This document shows positions 48,638-57,160 of a DNA stretch of 64,000 nt, piece by piece. Numbering within the stretch: position 1 is the first letter of the stretch; each line of letters starts with the position of its first letter. A model generated the notes under the pieces. That model saw nothing but the letters and a program-made list of their open reading frames with translations, was not told where the DNA came from and searched no databases. The position numbers were made by a program, and so were the translations under genes. This DNA is from an uncultured Gammaproteobacteria bacterium. Lineage in GTDB: Bacteria > Pseudomonadota > Gammaproteobacteria > Steroidobacterales > Steroidobacteraceae. The stretch covers positions 70,622 to 134,621 of the forward strand of contig CAWEUI010000008.1 in the NCBI GenBank assembly GCA_963812195.1. The letters are read 5' to 3'.

Positions 48638-49075
48638 CTACCTCTCACCCCCGGCTGCGCCCGCCGCAGGCGGCGCTGCACTATCGGGTTGCAATGCCTC
48701 GTGATAACGCATCTGTCGCCGAAAGACGTCACGATCGACCGGCGCCAGCACCTCGTCGAGCAGGCTCCTGGTCGGCTTGCCGGACAGGTCGCCCAGATCG
48801 GCCTTTTTCCACGGCACGACGTACAGCACACGCGGCAGTTCCCGGTTGCCGGTGATCTGCGTCGCATTCAGCTCGACATGCGCCGAGGGCTGTGCTGCAG
48901 CCGCGCTGGCCGCCGCCTCCTTCTTTGCAGCGGCTGCCTTTGCGGCGGCTGCGGCATCGGCCGGCGCGGCCCTGGCCGGCTGCTCCCCGGAACGCTGCGC
49001 GGGCGCCGGCTCGGCGGCCGCCACCACGGTGGCACCCAGCAATGACAGCGCGATGAACATCCAGTGCGTCTTCAT
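48638..49075 (-). CDS. small secreted protein with Ala-rich spacer, unknown family
   Basis: A 145-aa protein with signal peptide MKTHWMFIALSLLGATVVAAA. An Ala-rich low-complexity region is followed by ITGNRELPRVLYVVPWKKADLGDL. It has a 4-nt overlap with the upstream TPR gene. Confidence 0.7.
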   Translation of the reverse strand: MKTHWMFIALSLLGATVVAAAEPAPAQRSGEQPARAAPADAAAAAKAAAAKKEAAASAAAAQPSAHVELNATQITGNRELPRVLYVVPWKKADLGDLSGKPTRSLLDEVLAPVDRDVFRRQMRYHEALQPDSAAPPAAGAAGGER

Positions 49076-52000
49076 CCTGCCTCCGCCTGTACAGTCGATG
49101 CGCCCGCCGGTGCCGGTGTCGTGGCCGGTGCCGAAGTCGGCTCAGGCACCGGCGCCGCCTCCGGGGAAGCCGCTGGCGGCGCGGGCGGAGCGAGCTTGTC
49201 CGCACGCACCTTCACCTCGGCAATCCAGCCGCTGACCGGCCGGTCCTCACCGGTGACCGTCTGATACTGCTGGAAGCATTGCAGCGCCCCGACCGGATCA
49301 TCCTGGTACAGATCCCGCAGCACGCCCAGGTTGCGCAATGCCGGCGCGTACTGGGGGTCGATTGCCAGTGCGCGGGCATAGGAGTCGGCAGCTGCAGCGA
49401 ACTCGCCACGCTGGCGCTGGACCAGCCCGAGCTGGGTCAATGGCGCGGGACTGGCCGGCGCCAGGCGCGCACTTTCGGCAAACTCGACTTCCGCGTCTTC
49501 CAGCTTGCCGGCTTGCTGCAACTGCATCGCATGCTGGAAAGCCACGGTGGCTTCCGGCGACAGCGCCAGACCCGGGCTCCAGGCAACCGGCATCTCCGTC
49601 TTGCCGTAGCGTGCCGGCAGCAACTTTGCCAGGGCGTCGAAGCTCGCCTTCACGCCATCGTCGTACACGCCGTCGCGGACCCGGGCTGCATTGGCTTCAT
49701 GCAGCGCGATCGACTGGTCCTCGAAGGGCGCGGCCTGTTCCTCCAGGATCACATCGTACTGGTCACGCTCGTCGGCAGACATCTTCTTCGGGCGCTCCGA
49801 GTCCATCAGGTCGACTGAAAGCTGGCGGTACAGCTCGGCAATTTCGAAATCCGCCTGCGTGGTGACTTCCGCGATGCTGTAGGCGGCCGCGCTCTTGTAG
49901 GCAGCCAGCGCGGCATCCAGTGCCGCGCGTTTGGGCTTCAGGGATCTGGACAACGGGGACGTGAGCTTCAATGACCGGAAGTGGTCCCTGGCCGGCGCGG
50001 CGAGCGCGAGGCTCGCCCTGGCGGCAAGATAGCGCGTGCGATCCGTACGCTCGGCGCCGGCACTGGCATCGGCCTTCACGATCTGCTGCTGCCAGTAGGC
50101 CACCTTCTTCGTATCGCCGGCCTGCGCGGCGTAGTCGGCCAGCTTCTGGCGCGTCTCGATGCGATCGGCCACCGGCGTCGGATACTGTTTCACGAGCTTC
50201 TCGAGCAGCGGCACCGCATGCGCGACATCGCCACTCTTCTCGTACTGGTCCGCAGCCAGCCCCAGCGCCTCGATACGCACTTCGGGCGGCTGATCACTGG
50301 ATGCAGCAATGCGCTCGTATTCGCCAGCCGCCTGGGAGCCGCGGCCGGCCTGCGTGTAGGCCACCGCCAGCTTCTGCGTGACATCGGACTGGCGCTTGCT
50401 CTTCGGGTAGTCGTGCCGATACGCCTCCAGCACCTGAATGGCGCGAGGCCAGTCTTGCAGCTTGATGAGTTCGGCCGCGGCATCGAACTGCGCGGTTTCG
50501 ACCGTCGGCGCGCCAGGCGCCACGCGCGCCACGCGCAGGAACTCGTCCACTGCACCCTGGTCATCACCAGCGTCGCGCCTGGCCTCACCCTGGCGATACA
50601 CCGCAACCGACAACTGTTCGGACAGCGTGCGGGTCAGGTCCTTGTCGCCGGCGGCCAGTACGCGCGCCTGACTCCAGGCACTCTCGGCCGCGGCATACTG
50701 ACCCTGGTCGAACTGCGCCTGGCCGGTAACGCTGTAGGCGATGCGCCGCTGAGCCGCCGTGGCCGGTGGATTGCGCGCCAGCAGGATGCCGGCCGCCTCC
50801 AGCGCATGCGGCAGATCGTGCGCCTTGTACAGCTCTTCGGTGGCACGGGTCAGCACGCCGGCACTGTCCGGATGATCCGGGAAGGTGCGGGCAAACCGCA
50901 CGCCGGCCGCGATGCTGCGCGCGTGCCAGGCCGCGCGCTCGGACTCCGGCAGCAGCGCCTCCTGCTTCTGGTAGGCGGACAGCGCCGCGTAGCCGGCCTT
51001 GGCGGCATCCGGGCCGGGCGCGTAGGTGTATGCCGTACGCTCGTACTCGTCCACCGCATGGGCGTAGTCGCCACTTTCGTACAGGGCATCGGCCAGGTGA
51101 TAGTTCACCTGCTCGGCATCCTCGTCTTCGGGAAACGACTGCAGCTCGATCCGGTACCACTTGACCGCCTGTGCGTAGTTGGATGCCTTGTCGGCCGGCT
51201 GCCTGCTCTTCTGGGCCTTCTCGTGGTGATACGCCGCCAGGTCCGTCAGATGCGTCTTCAACTCAGTGGCGATCTGCGGGTAATCCTCCCGCTTGCGTCC
51301 CTTCCAGAAGGCGGTGCCGAAGTTGTAGTTCTGGGCGTACTCGCGCTTGCCGTCCAGCACCAGGTCGGGGAAGCCGCCCTTGCGATAGGCTTCGATGGCC
51401 TGCGTGACCAGCAACGGCGAGGCCTCGTCATTGGGCGCGCGCGCCACGAACGCCCGGTATGTGTCGGCGGCATCCTGGTAACGCTGCTTTTCCACGTAGA
51501 GGTCGCCAAGCTTTGAATAAAGCAGCGCCGCATATGGCGGATTGCCGATCTGCGTCACGAACCTGTTCAGCGGTTCCACGCCCTGCTGATACGAGAAGGT
51601 CAGGCTCATCACCCGCAATGTGTCTTCAACCAGTTCGCGATCGGCGCGCCCCAGCGTCGCAAGCGGACGATAGCCGTGCGGGGAGCCGGGATCGCGCAGT
51701 TGCGCGTCGAGCAGCCGCGCGAACAGCGGCAGGCTCTCCTCGTTCAGGTTCTGCTTGAACAGCGACCAGCCCTGCTTGTAGAGAGCCTGCTGGTAGAACT
51801 CGCCGCCCCCCGCGGCCGTGACCTGCGCGTAAGCGTCCTGCGCTTCGCGATAGCGATGTGCGGAAAACAGCAGCTCGCCGCGACGGAACTGCACCTCCAC
51901 GATATCGGCCGTGTGCGGATAGCGCTGCACCACCTCGTCGAGCGCGGCCAGCGCCTTTTCGGGCTGGCCGGTCGTCTCGTAGGCACGCGCCAGCTGGTAG

Positions 52001-52386
52001 AGCACGCGATCGTTCTGCGCGTAGTCCGGATGCTCCTTGAGCAGCTGCGTGTACAGCTTGATCGCCGCGGCCCCGCCCGGGTCCACACGCGATATTTCGG
52101 CGTCCTGACGTTCCTGCTCGCCGCCCTCCAGCGACAGGTCTCCAAGGCGACGCAGCGCCTCGGCTTTCAGCGCCGGATCGGCATCCGGGAGCGTGAGGAA
52201 CTTGCGGTAGTTCTGCATTGCCTTGTCGGCACTGGCGTCCGCCGGCGCGTCCTTGCGAATCTCGATCTTGCGCCTGGGCAGATCCTTCAGCGTCGGCGCT
52301 GCCTTACCTTTGGAGGCGTCTGCCGCAACGCCGGCACAAGGCAGTGCCATCAGCACGCATGCCAGCAGGGTATGGAATGCCCTCAC
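49072..52386 (-). CDS. giant tetratricopeptide-repeat protein (1104 aa), secreted
   Basis: An N-terminal signal is followed by a continuous series of TPR-like helical pairs (for example YQLARAYETTGQPEKALAALDEVVQRYP and YARALAIDPQYAPALRNLGVL). The GTG start overlaps the upstream stop (GTGA). Confidence 0.85.
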   Translation of the reverse strand: MRAFHTLLACVLMALPCAGVAADASKGKAAPTLKDLPRRKIEIRKDAPADASADKAMQNYRKFLTLPDADPALKAEALRRLGDLSLEGGEQERQDAEISRVDPGGAAAIKLYTQLLKEHPDYAQNDRVLYQLARAYETTGQPEKALAALDEVVQRYPHTADIVEVQFRRGELLFSAHRYREAQDAYAQVTAAGGGEFYQQALYKQGWSLFKQNLNEESLPLFARLLDAQLRDPGSPHGYRPLATLGRADRELVEDTLRVMSLTFSYQQGVEPLNRFVTQIGNPPYAALLYSKLGDLYVEKQRYQDAADTYRAFVARAPNDEASPLLVTQAIEAYRKGGFPDLVLDGKREYAQNYNFGTAFWKGRKREDYPQIATELKTHLTDLAAYHHEKAQKSRQPADKASNYAQAVKWYRIELQSFPEDEDAEQVNYHLADALYESGDYAHAVDEYERTAYTYAPGPDAAKAGYAALSAYQKQEALLPESERAAWHARSIAAGVRFARTFPDHPDSAGVLTRATEELYKAHDLPHALEAAGILLARNPPATAAQRRIAYSVTGQAQFDQGQYAAAESAWSQARVLAAGDKDLTRTLSEQLSVAVYRQGEARRDAGDDQGAVDEFLRVARVAPGAPTVETAQFDAAAELIKLQDWPRAIQVLEAYRHDYPKSKRQSDVTQKLAVAYTQAGRGSQAAGEYERIAASSDQPPEVRIEALGLAADQYEKSGDVAHAVPLLEKLVKQYPTPVADRIETRQKLADYAAQAGDTKKVAYWQQQIVKADASAGAERTDRTRYLAARASLALAAPARDHFRSLKLTSPLSRSLKPKRAALDAALAAYKSAAAYSIAEVTTQADFEIAELYRQLSVDLMDSERPKKMSADERDQYDVILEEQAAPFEDQSIALHEANAARVRDGVYDDGVKASFDALAKLLPARYGKTEMPVAWSPGLALSPEATVAFQHAMQLQQAGKLEDAEVEFAESARLAPASPAPLTQLGLVQRQRGEFAAAADSYARALAIDPQYAPALRNLGVLRDLYQDDPVGALQCFQQYQTVTGEDRPVSGWIAEVKVRADKLAPPAPPAASPEAAPVPEPTSAPATTPAPAGASTVQAEAG

Positions 52387-54329
52387 GGCGCCGTCCCCTG
52401 GGCCGGCGCCGATTCCGGCGCGGGCGTGGCCTGGCTTTCGGACGCGCGATCGTAAATGGTGGCCAGTGCGAAGCGCGCCTGCACCTCGTAGTCGGCTATC
52501 CGCTGCCGCTGTTGCTGCAGCTCGTTGACCGCGATGCCGGCCAGCAGCTGTTCCTGGGCCCTGCCCGCCGCATCGAGCCGTGCACGCAGCGCCTTGATGC
52601 GCGCCTGCAACGCCGCAATGCGCGCGGAGAAGTCACCGGTGGTCGTGGGGGCGCTGCGCCGCGCTTCCTCCACGCGCAGCCACAGGTTCTGGCTCTCGCC
52701 GAGCAACTTGTCGAGGTTCTTCAAATCCCGGCGCTGCTGGTACAGCCGTTGCGGATAGGCCTCGCGCATATCCCAGTACAACACGCCCTTGATCAGCTTG
52801 AGCTTGTCGCGCATTGCATCGGTCGCCGCATCGTGAGGCTCGGTCATCAGCGCGACTTCGATCTTCTGGATGAGCTTCCACTTGGATTGCTGGTCGGGCG
52901 TACCCAGGGCCGCCACATCCTCGTGATTGACGATGTCGTTGAGGCGTCCCGCCGCGGCCTGGCGGCGCGCCGTGAGCTGCTTGAGCACATCGCTGCCCAG
53001 CAATGCATCCACCCGCGGCGTGCGCTCGGCATAGGCCTTTTCGCGTGTCTCGATCATGTCGTCGTATACGGCCATGTTCTGGTTCCAGTGCGCCAGCGTG
53101 GAACCGAGGTAGGCCAGATCGCGGTAGTTCTTCAGGCCTTCCTGGAAGTCGTTGCCCGCCAGGATCGGGTACAGATAGCGCGACTCGGGTTCGTCAGGCA
53201 GGGTCCGCAGCTGCCAGAACCAGCCTCGCTGCGGCGAGTCGATGTCATCTCCACCAACCAGCTCGTGCGTGAGATCGCCGGCCTTCACCCGAGCAATGGC
53301 CGCGTCGATGCGGCCGCGCTCGTCGGCGAACGAACTCAGGGCCTTCTCGTAATAGTCGGCGGCCTGGCCACTGGCACCGAGCTTGGTGAACGCATAGGGC
53401 ACCGCCAGGTACGCCTCCTGGACGGCCGCATCGAGCAGATTGCGATCACGCAGTTCGGTCCAGGGCGTCAGTGCATCCTCATTCCTGCCCTGCGCGGACA
53501 GCGCCCAGCCCAGCCCCAGCAATGCGCGGCTGGACTGCGGCCCCTGCAGTCGCACGCGCTCCAGCACCGGCTGCGCGCGTTCGGGCTTGCCCGCCTGCAG
53601 CCAGGCATAGCCCTGGGCCACGTTGGCCTTGTCCTTCAGCGCCAGCATCTCCTCGTTGCGGCTGTCGAGCTGGCCGACTGCTTCCAGGAACGGCACGGCG
53701 TCCTCCAGCCGGCCCTCGCGTGCCAGTGCCACGCCCAGGTTGAAACGCGCGTACTGCATCCAGCTGCTGTCGCTGTGCCACGCGGCGAGCAAGGTAATGG
53801 CGTCGTCATAGCGCTGCAGGTGCATCAGCGCATTGGCCTCGAGATTCACGCGTTCAGCCTGCTGTGCCGGGGCCAGCAGGCCATCGACCTTGTGCAGGGA
53901 ATCGACGCAGCGCTCGTAGTAGCCGCGCGCGTACCAGACCTTGGCCAGGTAGAACCAGGCGCGCGCCTTGACGTTGGCCGGTATGTCATCGGCCGCCAGC
54001 ACCGACTCGAAGATCCGCCCGGCCTCGTTGTGCATGCCCAGCTGCAGGTACAGGCCGCCAGCCAGCAGCTGCGCCTCGAGCTCGTGATGCGGCATCAGAT
54101 GCCAGTGTTCGTAGGCCTCCAGCCGGACCAGTGCCTCCAGGTCCTCGCCCATGAAGTCCTGGAACAGCACATCGCCGTAGTGCAGGTCCTGCACCCGCGT
54201 GGCAGGCAGCCGGTCCGGAGCGTGCTTGCCGCGCGCCGGCAGTGCCGCCGGCGCCAGCAACAGGCCGGCAGCCGCGAGCCCCGCGATCACCGCGCGGCGC
54301 CGCTTGCCCGTGGTGGGGACCCGGTTCAC
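52383..54329 (-). CDS. tetratricopeptide-repeat protein (648 aa), secreted
   Basis: The N-terminus is MNRVPTTGKRRRAVIAGLAAAGLLLAPAAL. The first half has TPR-like repeats (WFYLAKVWYARGYYERCVDSL, LGWALSAQGRNEDAL). The second half is a long coiled-coil-like region. Confidence 0.85.
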   Translation of the reverse strand: MNRVPTTGKRRRAVIAGLAAAGLLLAPAALPARGKHAPDRLPATRVQDLHYGDVLFQDFMGEDLEALVRLEAYEHWHLMPHHELEAQLLAGGLYLQLGMHNEAGRIFESVLAADDIPANVKARAWFYLAKVWYARGYYERCVDSLHKVDGLLAPAQQAERVNLEANALMHLQRYDDAITLLAAWHSDSSWMQYARFNLGVALAREGRLEDAVPFLEAVGQLDSRNEEMLALKDKANVAQGYAWLQAGKPERAQPVLERVRLQGPQSSRALLGLGWALSAQGRNEDALTPWTELRDRNLLDAAVQEAYLAVPYAFTKLGASGQAADYYEKALSSFADERGRIDAAIARVKAGDLTHELVGGDDIDSPQRGWFWQLRTLPDEPESRYLYPILAGNDFQEGLKNYRDLAYLGSTLAHWNQNMAVYDDMIETREKAYAERTPRVDALLGSDVLKQLTARRQAAAGRLNDIVNHEDVAALGTPDQQSKWKLIQKIEVALMTEPHDAATDAMRDKLKLIKGVLYWDMREAYPQRLYQQRRDLKNLDKLLGESQNLWLRVEEARRSAPTTTGDFSARIAALQARIKALRARLDAAGRAQEQLLAGIAVNELQQQRQRIADYEVQARFALATIYDRASESQATPAPESAPAQGTAP

Positions 54330-54340
54330 CTGGTTCCCCG

Positions 54341-54961
54341 CTATTCCCAGTCCCGGATCTCGAATTCCGGCTGCTGTTTGGCCTGCCGGTCAGAGATCTT
54401 CAGTTCCAGATACTTGGCACCGACGGACTTCTCGAAATTCAGCGTGGCGCCGCGCGAATAGTCCTGTCCATGCGGGCCCTTGCCCGTGAACAGCGCGACG
54501 ATCTCGTGCTTGCCCACCTTCAGATTGCCAAGATACAGCCGTTGCACGCCACCCTTGAGCAAGGCCTCGGCCTCGCGCGGCGTGTACAGGTGCTTGGCCA
54601 CCTGTTTGTCATCGATACGCAGTTCCACAGAATCCAGCGCGAAGAAATCCCCCACGTCCATCGACAGGAACACCGCCACCTGCGTGTTGGCCGGGAACAG
54701 CAGTTCCTCCTCCAGCACGAACAGATCGCGGTTCAATTCAACCGTGTCCTTCTTGATGGACTGGATCTGCTCATCCAGGGCACGCGTATCCGCCGGTGAC
54801 GCCGGCGTGTCGGCGTCGGCATTCGCCGCGTCCGCGGGGGCCGCGGCAACAGCCGGGGCATCGGCGGCGGCTGTCGGCGTGTCGGCGGGTCCCTCGGCGG
54901 CGACGGCGATTGGCGCGAGCAGCGCGAGCAGTAGCCCCGGCAGTGTATTCAAGTGCTTCAT
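54341..54961 (-). CDS. secreted hypothetical protein (206 aa), unknown family
   Basis: ORF 54341-55225 trimmed to ATG 54961 (MKHLNTLPGLLLALLAPIAVAA). An Ala/Pro/Asp-rich spacer is followed by a beta-rich C-terminus, VAVFLSMDVGDFFALDSVELRIDDKQV...LYLGNLKVGKHEIVALF. Confidence 0.7.
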   Translation of the reverse strand: MKHLNTLPGLLLALLAPIAVAAEGPADTPTAAADAPAVAAAPADAANADADTPASPADTRALDEQIQSIKKDTVELNRDLFVLEEELLFPANTQVAVFLSMDVGDFFALDSVELRIDDKQVAKHLYTPREAEALLKGGVQRLYLGNLKVGKHEIVALFTGKGPHGQDYSRGATLNFEKSVGAKYLELKISDRQAKQQPEFEIRDWE

Positions 54962-54995
54962 GATGCCTCTATGCTGTGCAGGCCGCGCCGGGCGG

Positions 54996-55523
54996 CTATT
55001 CATCGAGCAGTTCCCTGACCTGTTGCTGATACCCGGACTCGCTGCCGCTCTTGTAGTCGCGCGCCGCCCAGCGGACCGTACCGCCGCGATCCACCAGCAC
55101 CAGCATCGGCAGGTTGTCGACGCGATAGGCACGCGCAACCTGCTTGTCGGGATCCAGCAGCATCGGATAGTTGACCGGATGCGCCACCGCGTAACGGGCC
55201 GCCTCGACGACGTCGTCATCGACATCCACCCCGAGTACCGCCAATCCCGCCGACTGGTAGGTGTTCAGCAAGCTGCTGATCGCCGCCAGCTGCGCTCCAC
55301 AGGAGCTGCAGTGACTGCTCCAGAACGTGAGCAACACCACCTGGCCGCGATACTCGGCCAGGCGGAAATTGGTGCCGGACGTGGCCTTCAGCGTGAAATC
55401 CGGGGCGCTCTGGCCCAGCAGCCGGTAGGGTTGGGCACCCGACGCCGCGGCGGCGGCCAGCAGCAGCGCCGCCAGCAGCAATAAAGATGAGCGTCCGGCA
55501 TTTCGCACAGCAGCATGCACCAC
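54996..55523 (-). CDS. TlpA/ResA-like periplasmic thiol:disulfide oxidoreductase (redoxin family)
   Basis: A 175-aa protein with a signal/anchor sequence. It carries DFTLKATSGTNFRLAEYRGQVVLLTFWSSHCSSCGAQL (CxxC = CSSC) and VDNLPMLVLVDRGG. Confidence 0.8.
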   Translation of the reverse strand: MVHAAVRNAGRSSLLLLAALLLAAAAASGAQPYRLLGQSAPDFTLKATSGTNFRLAEYRGQVVLLTFWSSHCSSCGAQLAAISSLLNTYQSAGLAVLGVDVDDDVVEAARYAVAHPVNYPMLLDPDKQVARAYRVDNLPMLVLVDRGGTVRWAARDYKSGSESGYQQQVRELLDE

Positions 55524-55582
55524 GCGCTATTTAACAGTTGATGACAGGATAGCGCGCCGGCACTTCCAGGCAATGACGTGCT

Positions 55583-57149
55583 TCACGCGATCGGCGCGAA
55601 AGCCGTCCAGTTGTCCAGTTGCGACCCCAGCCCGTTGGTCGGGAACAGCGTCTGCATGTCCCCGGTGCGGCCGTGCAACGCCAGGTAGTTCAGGATCACC
55701 ACTTCCACCAGCTGGTTCACCGCGTTGGCGCCGGGGTGGCTGGTCGTGGCCACCGAGCCATCGTTGTTGAACCAGCCGATCTGGTTGCGCGGCACGCCGC
55801 TGGTGGCAGGCATCATCACCGGCGGACCGGCCGGGTTGTACACCAGCATCACGGTAGCGGCGGTCGACTGGTTGTCGCCGGTCCAGACGCCCTTGCCACG
55901 GCCCCCGGTGGAGTTGTCGATCATGCCGTTGGAGGCCAGTGAGCCGTCGCTGAAGATGTAGACCATCAGCGGGCGGTTGGTGCGCGCCGCGTATTCCAGG
56001 CAGGCCCCGATGCACTCGCCGGCGCGCTCATCCCGCGCCTCACCCGTGGAGCGATCCCCCGTGTGATAGTCGTAGCCGCCCAGCTGCACCGTGCCGGCAC
56101 CGGCATTGCCATCGATGACCATCTTCATCACCGCGGCGGTCTTGCGATAGTTGGAATCCGAGTCGTACTCGGCCTGCGTCCAGATACCGGTCGGGCCCAC
56201 GATGTTCGGGTCAATGTCCGGATTCAGCGTGGTCGGATCATTGAACTTCTCGGCCAGATAGGCGGACTTCACATAGCCGCACTTGTTGAAGTCCTTCACT
56301 TCGGCATCCGTAGGACCGCCACCAGATCCGGTAAGACCGGTGGAGACGTGAGCGTGCTTGTCGTTGGTGAGCGCCGCCATCGTTTCCATCACCGACACGG
56401 CGTCGGCCGGATCATTGAACAGCGTGCCCAGTTCACCGGTATCGACCAGTCCGGTCACATCGCTGGCGCGGTCCACCTTGGTCGGGCGCAGGCGCGGATC
56501 CATCATCGCGGCCGGCGCCGCGGAATTGCCGCCGGAATCCGAACTCTGCGTGCCGATCAGCGTCAGCAGTTCGCCGCGCGAACCAGTCTTGGCAATGCCG
56601 TACATCGGATTGTGCGGGTTGTTGCCCGTGTCGTTTTCCGAGCGGGCCGCGAGGATCGCGCCGTTGGTATTCAGGCCGGTGCTTGCACTGGCGCGCAGCT
56701 TCATGCCGCGCAGCCATGCGCTGTCGATGTGGAAGGACAATGCCGAAACTCGAATCGATCTGGTTCGGCAGATTGGGCGTCATCGTGCCGGGCAGGCCCA
56801 GCTTCGAATAGCCGGCTGCCGACAGGAAGTCCAGCTGCCCCCCCTGCTGGCCGATCAGCACGTTCGAACCGGCGATGTTGGCGCCACCGGAAAGGTCGAA
56901 GCAGATGAACGGGATCATGCCCGCCCCGCCGGTCAGACCGCAGTTGGCCAGCCCCAGGTAGTTCAGATCCGCCTTCACGTCCGCCCGGGCCGTGCGCGGC
57001 AGCAGCAATCCGGGGACGAACACCGTGGCGGCGCCGCCGATCAGGCCGGCCGACAGCATCTCCCGGCGCGTCACCGGATACGGATGATCGGCGTGCAGGA
57101 TGGGCTCGTTCAGGCCGCGGCCCTTGGGAATCTTGCGGATGTAGCGCAT
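55583..57149 (-). pseudogene. Tat-signal DUF1501-like (sulfatase-fold-like) protein; one frameshift near 56738 as assembled
   Basis: The N-terminal piece is ORF 56433-57149 (Tat motif VTRREMLSAGLIGGAATVF...FICFDLSGGANIAG). The C-terminal piece is ORF 55583-56740 (LSFHIDSAWLRGMKL...VQLGGYDYHTGDRSTGE...MVYIFSDGS). Confidence 0.7.
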
Positions 57150-57160
57150 GGTTCGTGCCT

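Noticed and set aside
49981-54461. Plus-strand ORFs 49981-51516 (511 aa) and 52218-54461 (747 aa)
   Set aside because: They are antisense shadows of the two TPR genes. They show no motifs, and the TPR frames are supported by 4-nt coupled overlaps with their neighbours.
55524-55582. Sigma-54-like or sigma-70 promoter in the spacer before the TlpA-like gene (CTGGAAGTGCCGGCGCGC on the minus strand)
   Set aside because: Spacing and the -12 element do not fit TGGCAC-N5-TTGC. The only TAAATA box sits 7 nt from the GTG start. There is not enough evidence to call a promoter.
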